A stretch of DNA of 52,622 nt from a virus (Duplodnaviria; Caudoviricetes). The translations under genes and the position numbers were made by a program. Where the stretch lies: the IMG/VR virus record IMGVR_UViG_3300031949_000053, positions 1 to 52,622 of that record; one strand, written 5' to 3'. Of the stretch, positions 36,836-46,143 are shown in pieces. Below the pieces are notes generated by a model. That model saw nothing but the letters and a program-made list of their open reading frames with translations. It made no database searches and was not told the DNA's origin. Each line of letters begins with the position of its first letter. Positions within the stretch are counted from its first letter, which is position 1.

Positions 36836-37107
36836 GCGTCGGCGCTCTCTCCGTAGGGTGGGAAGTCAAACCACTCGCTGATAGCGGATAGCACGGCCTC
36901 GACCACGGCGTCCTCGCCTTCGGGCCCGCTTCCGAGGTCGTGCTTGCCAATGCGATGGAAGCCGGAGCGAGTACCTTGCTCGACAGCCAGCCGGAGTACG
37001 TCCCATTCTTTCGGCTTCACGGGCACCTCACGGAACGGCTCGTCTTCGTAGGGGGTCCACTGGGAGTGATCGCGCACGACTCCAATATACGGCGGCACCG
37101 TGCGCAT
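36832..37107 (-). CDS. Hypothetical protein
   Basis: Coupled ORF ending AISEWFDF. Confidence 0.45.
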   Translation of the reverse strand: MRTVPPYIGVVRDHSQWTPYEDEPFREVPVKPKEWDVLRLAVEQGTRSGFHRIGKHDLGSGPEGEDAVVEAVLSAISEWFDFPPYGESADA

Positions 37108-37219
37108 GTCACGTCTTCGAGCAGATTTGTGATGTTGGGTCGGAACGTGCCGGTCCACTCGTTCGGGCGACAGGCGAACCGCTCCCCGCCCACTCGCCAA
37201 TGGACTTTGGCCTTGCGTC

Positions 37220-37573
37220 TCACTTGCATGCCTTGCAGGCCCGCGATATCTCGGGGAGCACGTCGGCTAGAAAGTGTGCGGCTCGCGCAACGGCCTCGGA
37301 AAACTGGTCGTGATTGGCGACGAACAAAAAACCGTCCGACGCATGGGCCGCATCGTAAGAGGGAACATACCGGGCCTGAATGTCAGCGTAGGCGTGTTCC
37401 AATGCCTCATGTAGCGCAATAGCAACAACGCAGTGCCAGTCCTTGGATGCTCCGCCAATTGTTATCGAGTGGGTTGTAAACTCTCCACCCGAGCGTTTGG
37501 GATCATAGTTCACTCGCACCTTGTACGGGCCAACGGTGTGCCATCCGAGGGAAATGGTTTTACGCGGCATCAT
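37220..37573 (-). CDS. HExxH metallopeptidase-like protein
   Basis: ALHEALEH motif. Confidence 0.55.
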   Translation of the reverse strand: MMPRKTISLGWHTVGPYKVRVNYDPKRSGGEFTTHSITIGGASKDWHCVVAIALHEALEHAYADIQARYVPSYDAAHASDGFLFVANHDQFSEAVARAAHFLADVLPEISRACKACK

Positions 37574-37818
37574 ACGGGGCGGTAGACGGTGACGGACACG
37601 ACGCGTCCCGCGCGATCCACGAACCACCGCTTGCCCATCTTGACTCGTCCCGCCTCGACACTCGCGGTGAGTTCGCGCCGAGCGCGCTGCTCGCCGCAGC
37701 CTTCGTGTTTGGCATATTCGAGCGGGGTCACGCCGGAGTCGGAGGGCGGGAGTTGACGCGAGGCGTGGCAGGCGTCCGCGATGGCAGCCATCATCTCGTC
37801 CATACTTAACTCGGTCAT
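37570..37818 (-). CDS. Small winged-HTH protein
   Basis: GVTPLEYAKHEGCGEQRARRELTASVEAGRV. Confidence 0.55.
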   Translation of the reverse strand: MTELSMDEMMAAIADACHASRQLPPSDSGVTPLEYAKHEGCGEQRARRELTASVEAGRVKMGKRWFVDRAGRVVSVTVYRPV

Positions 37819-38648
37819 GGCAGGTCTCGGATAGCGGGAAGCGAGGGACGCCAGGTCACGGGGTCCACAGATTCAACGCGCCCGTCCGCGATGCTCACGA
37901 GCGCACCCCCCATCGCGGCCCGTGATTCGGGGGCCACGCGATGCGCAAAGGCGGTCTTGAGTTGCCACGCGGGGAGCTGCAAGACGGGGACGCCGCCCAT
38001 CCCGACGCCGGAGTAGCCGTAGACGTGCCGGTCAGCGCGGATGGCGAGGGAGGGGAGCGGGTCCCCGGCTTCCAGGCACTCAATGTACATCTGCATGGAG
38101 AGGGTTTGGAGCGCGGAGCCACGAGTCCAGGGGCGGGAACCCGACCGGCCGTGATGCTGTGCATCAACCAGACAGCCTCCGACGTTGAGCCGTAGGTGCC
38201 ACGTAGACCATTCCTGCGAGGTCTCGCCCCGATCGGCGTTCACGGAGCGCGCGAGGGCGTTTTCTGACGCGCCTTCGGGGCCGACGTGCGTTTCCGTTCC
38301 CCGCACGATGTAGATGCGGTGGGGTTGGGCGGTCTCTTTGACGTGGCCGAGGACACGATGCGCGATGTACGATTGATGTTCAGGGTTGCGGGATACGATT
38401 TGACTGGTGCCGTGGTGGTCGCCGTCGGTGAGGTCGCCGACAAACAGGGCGATCAACTTGCGGCGTTCTTTCGTAGCGCGCTGTCTAGCGAGTGCCCAAA
38501 ACTCGGCCCATCGCTCCCACTGCCAGAGTTGGACCTTGGAGGGGTGGTACTTGGCGCCGGTATCAAACTCGACGCCTTCGGGTGGGCAGAGGCCGAGAAT
38601 GGAGCCGCAATGCGTGTCCGAGACAGCGGCGAGGAGGTAGCGGCTCAT
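37815..38648 (-). CDS. Calcineurin-like metallophosphoesterase
   Basis: SDTHCG, GDLTDGDH, RGTETH, QHHG and ADRH motifs. Confidence 0.8.
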   Translation of the reverse strand: MSRYLLAAVSDTHCGSILGLCPPEGVEFDTGAKYHPSKVQLWQWERWAEFWALARQRATKERRKLIALFVGDLTDGDHHGTSQIVSRNPEHQSYIAHRVLGHVKETAQPHRIYIVRGTETHVGPEGASENALARSVNADRGETSQEWSTWHLRLNVGGCLVDAQHHGRSGSRPWTRGSALQTLSMQMYIECLEAGDPLPSLAIRADRHVYGYSGVGMGGVPVLQLPAWQLKTAFAHRVAPESRAAMGGALVSIADGRVESVDPVTWRPSLPAIRDLP

Positions 38649-39196
38649 GCGCGCACCTGATAGCCCCTGCGGGGTTGGGGGACACCAGCCGTGCCCCAGA
38701 GGCGCCGGGTGAGGTCGCGGTAGGGCATAGAGTGGGCCGCTACGGTTCCCTTGGGCGGGTCGAGATAGCCGCGCAGGCCGACGGCCTTCCCGCTGTAGTC
38801 TCGCGTCGTCCGGTCGGGATGTATCAAGGTGAAGATTTCCCCGGCGGTCGGGGTGTAGCCGTGCTCGAAGATGAAGTCCCGGATCAGCCATACGCAGAGT
38901 CGGAAGCGCCAGGAATTGCGGTTGAGGCGCCGGGTCACGCGGCGCTCGGTCGTCAGCCCGGTTGCCTTGAGCAGTTCGGGGGGCGGGTCCACGAGCGATG
39001 TATGCTTGCCGTAGTGGCGTGCGGTGTATCCGGCGCGAGCGACGATCTGTCGCACTCGTTCGCGGGAGAGCCCCACCGCGTCCCCAATCTCTTGGAGGGT
39101 GCAACCGCTTTGATAGAGTCCCACCAACTCGGCCTCGCGCTGGAGATTGCGAGACGAGAACGGGCGGGGCGACGGGATTGGCGCGCACAAAGTCAT
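38645..39196 (-). CDS. Sigma70 region-4-type HTH protein
   Basis: TLQEIGDAVGLSRERVRQI; second LexA-like segment EHGYTPTAGEI. Confidence 0.75.
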   Translation of the reverse strand: MTLCAPIPSPRPFSSRNLQREAELVGLYQSGCTLQEIGDAVGLSRERVRQIVARAGYTARHYGKHTSLVDPPPELLKATGLTTERRVTRRLNRNSWRFRLCVWLIRDFIFEHGYTPTAGEIFTLIHPDRTTRDYSGKAVGLRGYLDPPKGTVAAHSMPYRDLTRRLWGTAGVPQPRRGYQVRA

Positions 39197-39203
39197 GTCC
39201 CCC

Positions 39204-39231
39204 AACGTACACAGTGGGCGTTGGCTGTCAA
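39204..39231 (-). promoter_or_regulatory. Leftward promoter TTGACA-N16-TACGTT (probably leaderless mRNA)
   Basis: The -10 element ends 7 nt before ATG 39196. Confidence 0.6.
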
Positions 39232-39486
39232 GAGTGGGGGTTGTCAATACGGGTGTATGGACAGGCGGGCGCCCCGTCGTGGGGACCGGGGCGCGGTGAT
39301 GAGAGGGCGAGGAGCCGGGGACGTGGGGGAGCTGAGGCAGAAAACTTAATTGTGCCAGCCCTAATCTCCGTGGCCCCCTCTCATCACCGCGCGTTTGCAA
39401 AGCCTTTCGACAAGTGACGGCGACAATTATCGCCGGTAGTCGAGGCCCTTGGGCACGCCAGGCGCTTCGGCACTGGTACAGTTTGA

Positions 39487-40284
39487 CTAGACGGGTGGCG
39501 CCGTGGGGGCTGGGCCGGTGGGCGTCTGTCCGAAGTCCGCGCGCCAAGCCTGGAGGGCGCGCCCGGCACCCTCAACGGCATTCTCATGGACTAAGCGTTC
39601 ACCGGGGGTCATTTCAACGGCCTTCCAGCCACCGTTCTTGAGCAGGCTCACAATCTGGATACTCCCCCCAATCCCACCCGATGGGTTGATTTCGATCACA
39701 TGCTTGAGGGTCCAGAAGGCGCTGAATTGGGCGTCAGCTACAGACGGGAGTTTCTTGGCGGGCCAGAGAGTGTCACGAATGAAGGCCAGGAACGGCTCCG
39801 CATCGCGCTGGCCGCTGCCAATGGCGACGAATGGCAAGTCGGCGGATGCGTACTCTACTGCACACGTTTCGAGTATCTGGAGCAGGCACGGCTGGTCTTG
39901 AAGGGGCATCGCGATCAAAGCGTTGGGGAGCGCGTACCCTACGACACCCTGATTGTGCGTTAGGTTGTAGACTGCCTGGGACATCTCAAGCTCTGCCTTG
40001 CAGACGGGGACGATCTTCTCCCTGATGTTCGACGCCATCGTCTCGGGCTTGGCACCTCTCAACTGCAATTGGTCCTTACAGGCGCCTTCGATGAGCGGCT
40101 TGAGGCGTTGGGAAAGCCCAACGAAGCCTGCGAAGCCCACAATCATCTTGTCGTGGTGGATGCTGAGCTTGTGGGCCGTTCGCTGGGCTGCGGTGTGACC
40201 CGCACCCGCATTGCCCATTGTCGCCTGTGAATCGGCGGCGAGGACGACGCCATTCTCGCACAGGATGCCGATGATGAGCGTCAT
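39487..40284 (-). CDS. Proteasome beta-subunit-like Ntn protease
   Basis: M-T1-LIIGILCENGVVLAADSQAT, conserved Lys (HKL), GFAG, AIGSG and GIGGSIQI motifs. Confidence 0.85.
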   Translation of the reverse strand: MTLIIGILCENGVVLAADSQATMGNAGAGHTAAQRTAHKLSIHHDKMIVGFAGFVGLSQRLKPLIEGACKDQLQLRGAKPETMASNIREKIVPVCKAELEMSQAVYNLTHNQGVVGYALPNALIAMPLQDQPCLLQILETCAVEYASADLPFVAIGSGQRDAEPFLAFIRDTLWPAKKLPSVADAQFSAFWTLKHVIEINPSGGIGGSIQIVSLLKNGGWKAVEMTPGERLVHENAVEGAGRALQAWRADFGQTPTGPAPTAPPV

Positions 40285-40286
40285 CT

Positions 40287-40736
40287 CTAGTCCTGGAAGA
40301 CGCTGTTCTTGCGCATCTCCGGGAATGCCTCGTATACGGCGCGTACCAGTTCGTTGAACGAGAGCTTCTGAGCCCAAGGCACGGCCTGACCGAGATACTC
40401 GACCCCTTCGCGTGGCAGGGCTTTCGCGAGTTTCTCCGCCTCTCTCCTGCCGGCGTCGGTAAGGTGATATGTGCGCCGACTTCGGCCCCAGGATGCGTCA
40501 AGCTCCACCAACCCGGCTGCAATTGCCGCATCCGCGTCGTCATAGACATTGCGGGAAAACGGCCCGTAGTTGTATGCGTCAAAGGAGTAGAAGCTCCTGC
40601 CAACCGCTTTGGCCCGGCGCTCCCCGAGAAGGAACATCACTTTCTGAAGCTGAACGGCGTTCAGGCCCGCATCTCCAGCCTTCAGTAGTGCGACCAGAAT
40701 CCAGTCTCGCGGCATCGTCTTGGCGGCCTGGGTCAT
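40287..40736 (-). CDS. Panacea/SocA (DUF4065/YwgA-like) antitoxin-type protein
   Basis: QLQKVMFL...YSFDAYNYGPFS...YHLTDAG...ELVRAVYEAFPEM. Confidence 0.8.
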   Translation of the reverse strand: MTQAAKTMPRDWILVALLKAGDAGLNAVQLQKVMFLLGERRAKAVGRSFYSFDAYNYGPFSRNVYDDADAAIAAGLVELDASWGRSRRTYHLTDAGRREAEKLAKALPREGVEYLGQAVPWAQKLSFNELVRAVYEAFPEMRKNSVFQD

Positions 40737-40879
40737 TCCTACCTTCCCTTCTGCTCTGCCGTGGCAACTTCCCGCGCGATAAGGAGGGACACGACTTCCG
40801 AGATGGTCCACACATGGTCAGCAACGCCTGCCGCCATCGCAGGCGTAGTATGCACCCAGGCGGGGCCGCAACGCAAGAA

Positions 40880-40924
40880 ACCGGCGGTTCAGGGGCATCC
40901 CGCGAAGGTGCCTGAACCGCCGGT
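40880..40924. repeat. Perfect 14-bp inverted repeat (hairpin) upstream of the Panacea/protease operon
   Basis: accggcggttcagg-N17-cctgaaccgccggt. Confidence 0.7.
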
Positions 40925-41138
40925 AAACCCCCAACAGGCGCAGTAGCGCCAGCCGAGGTGGTACATGGCAAAAGTAACTAGGCTGTAAAGAGCGTGGAGC
41001 GGCGGCGTCCCGTGAGCACACCGGGACGCCGTCGTGCGTCTACCCCTTCTTCCAGCGCACACAGCGTAGGGCGATGATCTTGGGCGTCTTCCGGGCATCG
41101 TCGGGTCGCATTTGTGGCAGCCCCCTCCCTTTCCCGTC

Positions 41139-41166
41139 AATTTATACCGTTATCGTTGCACGTCAA
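41139..41166 (-). promoter_or_regulatory. Leftward promoter TTGACG-N16-TAAATT
   Basis: Consensus-like hexamers; CGATAACG in spacer. Confidence 0.65.
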
Positions 41167-41227
41167 TAGGCGGGAGCCCCCGCTAACGGCTCGGGGGCTC
41201 GGGGGGCTGCGGCGAGGTGAGGCGGGG

Positions 41228-41641
41228 TCAGTCGGTGGCGGCCCGGTAGGTGGATTCGATCACGCCGCACTCGTCGAAGTCCGCGAAGATGTCGCAGAGG
41301 AGCGCGAAGTCCCGGCCCGTGCGCAGGGTGATGCGTGCCCCGTCCCACCAGTCGAGGAACCAATACTCAATCCGGACGGGCTTGCGGTTCTCGTCACAGT
41401 AGAACCGGAACTCATCCGCCGGGCCACCACAGGAGAGCTGGTATCGCCAGTAGCCGCGCCGGTTCTGGAAGGTGCCGGGGGCGACGTAGTCGAAGGACAA
41501 TCCGTACTCGTTGAAGGTGCCAATCTCGGGGTCGCCGGACTCGTTGCCGGACTGCCAGAGGGCGAACAGCTTGCGGAGGTCGGAGACGCGGCCCCGGTAG
41601 TGCTCGCGGATGCGGTCCTTGCAGGTGGGTTGCGTGGTCAT
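41228..41641 (-). CDS. Hypothetical early protein
   Basis: GGAGG RBS; YQLSCGGPADEFRF...YWFLDWWDGA; followed by hairpin gagcccc/gggggctc. Confidence 0.65.
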   Translation of the reverse strand: MTTQPTCKDRIREHYRGRVSDLRKLFALWQSGNESGDPEIGTFNEYGLSFDYVAPGTFQNRRGYWRYQLSCGGPADEFRFYCDENRKPVRIEYWFLDWWDGARITLRTGRDFALLCDIFADFDECGVIESTYRAATD

Positions 41642-41697
41642 GGTGCAGCCTCCGTCGGAGAAGCTAGGCCGGTCATCGGGGCCGGTACCGTAGAGCC

Positions 41698-41725
41698 AAG
41701 TTAACGCTATCCTACAGTGCATCAA
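41698..41725 (-). promoter_or_regulatory. Leftward promoter TTGATG-N16-TAACTT
   Basis: Same architecture as the other leftward promoters; contains GCGTTAAC. Confidence 0.55.
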
Positions 41726-41762
41726 TCCGTATTTCTACGGACGAACGGACACCGAAAAGCGG

Positions 41763-42760
41763 TTATCTGCGCGCACGGGTGCGCAGGGGAAGCCATTCGC
41801 GGCACTCGCCCCACGCCTTGGCGTAGTCCGGGCTCCCGTCGTGAAGCCAGCGCGAAGCGAAGACGCGGGCGCGATCCTGCTTACCGGCGATCCCCTTCAG
41901 GGTATCGAAGCGGTAGGGCAGGTGCGCGAAGGGGTTGGCCAGGATTTCGGCGTCCCGCTTCCGGTAGCGCTCCCATTCGACGGCGAAGGGCTCGCAAGCG
42001 GTGGGGTCGCCGCCCGGCTTGGCGGGGATGTGCGTTGTACCCCCGAACAGGGACGGGACTTCGATCACGGGCATGGCTACATCCCCTTTCTGAGGGACAG
42101 AGCCAGCCGTTCGGCGTACAGGGCTGGCGGGGGGAGGACGCCAACGAACGAGCCCGCACCGATAACCGCGCGATCTCCGGTTGGGGAGTGCTCGGCGTCG
42201 GGCGGGCTCCACCAGTAGGCGAACACGGCGTAGGCCGCGTGATATAGTTCCTCGCCCATCGTGACGGACAGGTCGGGGCGCGTCATGACACCCTCCGGAC
42301 CGATGTCCATAGGAGCACCATCCCGCACTCGCAGGGTAGGCGGTTGTCCGGTTCTTCGGCGCGACGTTCGGCCTCTTCGCGGGACGTGGCGAGCACGTCA
42401 CAGGGCGGGGTGGCGGGAACGCCAAGGGCGGCGTCTGGGTTGGACCGGGCAAAGATGACGTGGAAGCGCTTGCGGCGCTTGGGGGCAACGGGACAGGGCG
42501 CGCACATCACGTTAGCCCTCCAGATTGGCGAGGATGGCGCGGGCGGCGAGCATGGCCGCGTCGTACGTCTCCGGGGTGTCGGCGCTCACGATGCCCCGCA
42601 GGACGTCGGCCAACGCCGGGGCCAGGGCGATCAGCCGCGCGTTGGCGGCAGATTCACCGGCCTTACGGCCGAGGCGACGGGCGAGGCGCAGCATGTCACG
42701 GGTACGCATGTGGATAACCTCTTTCGGGTAAGGTTCACACTCACCGGAGACAGGGACCAA
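41763..42760 (-). CDS. Run of small early hypothetical genes (e.g. 42512-42709, 42283-42510, 42077-42286, 41763-42074)
   Basis: Short coupled ORFs with GGAG-type RBS downstream of the 42786 promoter. Confidence 0.45.
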
Positions 42761-42786
42761 TCTAGCGTACCGTTAACGAGAGTCAA
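42759..42786 (-). promoter_or_regulatory. Leftward promoter TTGACT-N16-TAGATT
   Basis: CGTTAACG palindrome in spacer; heads the early gene run. Confidence 0.65.
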
Positions 42787-42845
42787 TAGCGGCGTATCGC
42801 TAACAGCCGCAACAGGTTACATCCCTTCGGTGTCTGTTCGTCCCT

Positions 42846-42890
42846 CGGATGTCCGGATGCTGTCGGGATGCTGTCGGGATGCTGGCGGGA
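42846..42890. repeat. 11-bp tandem repeat GGGATGCTGTC (about 3.5 copies)
   Basis: cggatgctgtc-gggatgctgtc-gggatgctggc-ggga. Confidence 0.8.
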
Positions 42891-43536
42891 GGGGGACGAT
42901 GGCCGAGGACGTCCCTGCGTGCACCCTCCCACCACAAGAGAGGACAGACTACCCAAGGTGGCGAGGATCACGCCTCACCGAGCCAGCCAGACACGTTCGC
43001 GCCCAACCTCAGCAGCTCGGCCCACCGAGCTGAGCCCTGGAGGTAGCCGGACAGTCTAGCCTTGGAGGACCGCCCCACCCAACGGACGCGCGCATGTGAA
43101 AAGATTCACAAGGGCAGGGAACGGCCGTGTCATAACGACACACTGCGCATAATCTGCATTCTGTTAAGTGTTGCATCTGCGCCAACCCCTTGTCTCGCCT
43201 TGGGTTAGCCCAAGCCCACGGATTACCAGCCCCGATCCTGACCCGTACTGTGGCACCTTGCACCACGCAACCGCCGCGCCGAACCCGAATAAACCCCGGC
43301 ACCCCCCAACCCCCCGTCAACCCCCCAGGGCGGGGGGTCGTCTGCGCGGGCTACCCCTGTTGTGGCGCGCAATATAGTTTGGGAGTTGGCCGTTAACGGA
43401 GTAGGGATGGATGTATGGTTTGGGTGGGGGACTGCATAAAATGGGGTTGGGATACCCCGAATCGGGGTCTGGTATCGCTGTTTATGCAGTGGCCGATGCA
43501 TACTGAGCACGGGCGATGCATAAAAAGTGTATAGGG

Positions 43537-44550
43537 TTAGGTCAGGAGCCTTGTGATTCTGGGGGCGGTGTGCCCGTCGCCGAAGATGGTGGAGGGGGCG
43601 GGATGGAAGAATTGGGCGTAGCGGAACATCTCGGGGAGCCGGGCGCCGTCGCGGCCGACGAGGATGCTGTGGGTGGCACAGGCTTCGGGTCGTTCGGTCT
43701 TGTTCCGGGCGATGAGGCAGGGGATACCGAGGGTGGTGGCTTCTTCGACCACACCGCCGGAGTCGGTGATGACGAGGTGCGCGCCACACAGGGCCTTCAG
43801 GAACTCCGGGTAGGCGAGGGGTGAGGTGAAGAGGAGGTTGCCCGGAGCCTTCAGGGCGCGGATGGTATCGAGGACGTGGGGGTTCGGGTGGAACGGCCAC
43901 AGGAACGGGGTGTCGGGATGGGTTTCGGCGAGCTGGGCGATGCGATTGGCGCATGCCTGCATGTCCGCCCCGAAGGATTCCCGGCGGTGCAGGGTGATGA
44001 GGACGTGGGTAGGGGTGGTCTTCACAGCGCCCATGAGCCGCAGGGCGTCCGTGATGGGGTTGCCGGTGACAAATGCGTCGTTCTGGAGCCCGTCGCGGGT
44101 CAAATTGTCCAGATTGAGGGCCGTGGGGCAGCATTTGAGCTGTGCGCGGCGGTCAATCTCGACACGGAACCCTTCTTCGGGCCACGGATCGGTCGGATCG
44201 TGGCTCCTGAGCCCGGCTTCGAGGTGGCAGAGGGGGATACCGAGGCTTTCGGCGAGCCTACACCCTGCCAAGGCACTCCCGGTGTCGCCTTGGACGACGA
44301 TCCAGTCGGGCTTGGGTTGGTTTTGGGCCCATTCCTGGAGTTTCTGGGCGGCGTGGGTGACGTAGACATAGGGATCGTCGCAGCCGGGGACGCCGAGGTT
44401 GACATCGGCAGTCAGCGGCATGCCATCAGCGAGGGAGGTGTGCTGGCCGGTCGAAACGACGGTCACATCCCGCTGTTCCACGTGCAACTGCTGGATGACC
44501 GGGAACGCCTTGATGAACTCGGGCCGTGTGCCAAGGATGTACCAGATCAT
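43537..44550 (-). CDS. wecB: UDP-N-acetylglucosamine 2-epimerase
   Basis: GTRPEFIK, TGQH, VQGDT, HLEAGLRS, WPEE, TLHRRE and TDSGGVVEEA motifs. Confidence 0.93.
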   Translation of the reverse strand: MIWYILGTRPEFIKAFPVIQQLHVEQRDVTVVSTGQHTSLADGMPLTADVNLGVPGCDDPYVYVTHAAQKLQEWAQNQPKPDWIVVQGDTGSALAGCRLAESLGIPLCHLEAGLRSHDPTDPWPEEGFRVEIDRRAQLKCCPTALNLDNLTRDGLQNDAFVTGNPITDALRLMGAVKTTPTHVLITLHRRESFGADMQACANRIAQLAETHPDTPFLWPFHPNPHVLDTIRALKAPGNLLFTSPLAYPEFLKALCGAHLVITDSGGVVEEATTLGIPCLIARNKTERPEACATHSILVGRDGARLPEMFRYAQFFHPAPSTIFGDGHTAPRITRLLT

Positions 44551-44795
44551 GCGTGTACCCTGCACTATGGTCGTTGTTTTGTCCATTCCCCGCACAGGTA
44601 GTCCCAGTCACAGACCGGGAGCAGGGCGAGGGAATTAACGAACGGCACCCCGTAGGGAGTGGGCGGATAGCGACAACAGGTGCCCTGCGTGGATGTCACG
44701 GAGCGATGGGGCGCGCAGGAGGAACAGATCGAGACCATGTTGCCTCCTCTCGCGTGAAGTCTACCCGTTTGCGTGGATGTTGTGTAGGTTCGGTC

Positions 44796-45353
44796 ATGGC
44801 GTATTTCACGACCACTCCCGCCAAGGCGCTGAAGGTTTGGGACGGCAAGGACCCGCTCGAAGTCCTCACCCCCCACGAAGTCGCAGCGGCGGAACTCTAC
44901 GCGCGTCTCTACACCGACCCCACCATCCCGCGCGACCGACAGGGCCGGATTACGTGGGGTGGGGCGTTTCGGGAAACGTTCGGGTGCGACCTCGCCTCGA
45001 AGACGTGGAACAGCCTCCGGCGCAACAAGGCGTGGCAGCTCTACGTCACGCAACTGAGGACCCAGACGCGCGACACGGTATTGAAGAAGCTCGAAGGCGG
45101 CGCGATGGCCGCGCTCCAAGACTACATCTGGAGTCGCCAGACGGCGAAGGCGAAAGGCGACTACAAGGAAGTGCGGTTGGGCGCGCAGGACTATCTAGAC
45201 CGCTTGGGTGCGACGATGAAACCGACCGTGGTCGAGGAACGCAACGTCGTGGTGATTCTGCGCGGCGCAAACTTCGACCAGCACACGCTCGCCAAGCCCC
45301 TGCCCATGCTGGAAGCCGAAATCGTGCAGGAGGAACCCGATGGACGCGGTTGA
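44796..45353 (+). CDS. Putative terminase small subunit
   Basis: Helical 185 aa upstream of TerL; VRLGAQDYLDRLG. Confidence 0.6.
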   Translation: MAYFTTTPAKALKVWDGKDPLEVLTPHEVAAAELYARLYTDPTIPRDRQGRITWGGAFRETFGCDLASKTWNSLRRNKAWQLYVTQLRTQTRDTVLKKLEGGAMAALQDYIWSRQTAKAKGDYKEVRLGAQDYLDRLGATMKPTVVEERNVVVILRGANFDQHTLAKPLPMLEAEIVQEEPDGRG

Positions 45354-46143
45354 ACTTCGCGGCTCATACGCGCGTTATGGGCGCGAGTGGGCACAACGGG
45401 CGGTGCTTCTCGGCATCGCTGGTTCACACGCGCACGGTACACATGTGCCCCCAGACGAAGAACACGGTACCGACGATACCGATGTGGTGGCGGTGTTTGT
45501 GCATCCGATGGGCCACTACCTCGGCGTTTCGGGCTACAATCGGTATCAGGACGGATTCGACACCAACGGCCAGCACGTAGACATCTGCGCCTATGACGTG
45601 CCGAAGTTCGTTTCGTTGCTCGGCAAGGGGAATCCGAACGTCCACTTCTGGCTCTGGCAGCCCGACGACCTACCGTTGCTGTTGGATGAGGGCGGACAAC
45701 TCCTCGTTGCCGCGCGGGAACGGCTGCTCTCGCAGGCGATGTTCCCGGCGCTGATGGGGTATGCGGTTGCGCAACTCAAGAAGATGCGCCAGGGCCACAC
45801 GATGGGTTACATGGGGGCGAAGCGCAAGGAACTCCTTCGGGAGTACGGCTACGACATCAAGGATGCCGCCCACTGTTTGCGGCTCCTGCACGTCGGGCGC
45901 GTTCTCGCGGCCGAAGGTCGGTTGATGGTACGGTTGGAGGGCGACATCCTTGCTGACGTATTGGCGGTCAAGACGGGCAAGCGGTCGCTCCGCGAGGTTG
46001 AGGCGGCGGCAGAGAAGTTGTTCGCTGAGTTCGCTGACCATCGGAGTCGCACGGCGCTCCGCGAACGGGTGCCCGTCGAGGAACTGGACGCGCTTTCAGC
46101 GGCCGTGATTCACGCAAGTTGGGGACAGGGGACGGTTAGTTGA
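45340..46143 (+). CDS. Pol-beta-superfamily nucleotidyltransferase (RlaP/YcgL-like)
   Basis: GSHAHGT...DDTDVVAVF, KGNPN and GYDIKDAAHCLRLL motifs. Confidence 0.85.
   Translation: MDAVELRGSYARYGREWAQRAVLLGIAGSHAHGTHVPPDEEHGTDDTDVVAVFVHPMGHYLGVSGYNRYQDGFDTNGQHVDICAYDVPKFVSLLGKGNPNVHFWLWQPDDLPLLLDEGGQLLVAARERLLSQAMFPALMGYAVAQLKKMRQGHTMGYMGAKRKELLREYGYDIKDAAHCLRLLHVGRVLAAEGRLMVRLEGDILADVLAVKTGKRSLREVEAAAEKLFAEFADHRSRTALRERVPVEELDALSAAVIHASWGQGTVS

Noticed and set aside
42846-42890. CRISPR array
   Set aside because: Contiguous 11-bp units without spacers; no cas genes
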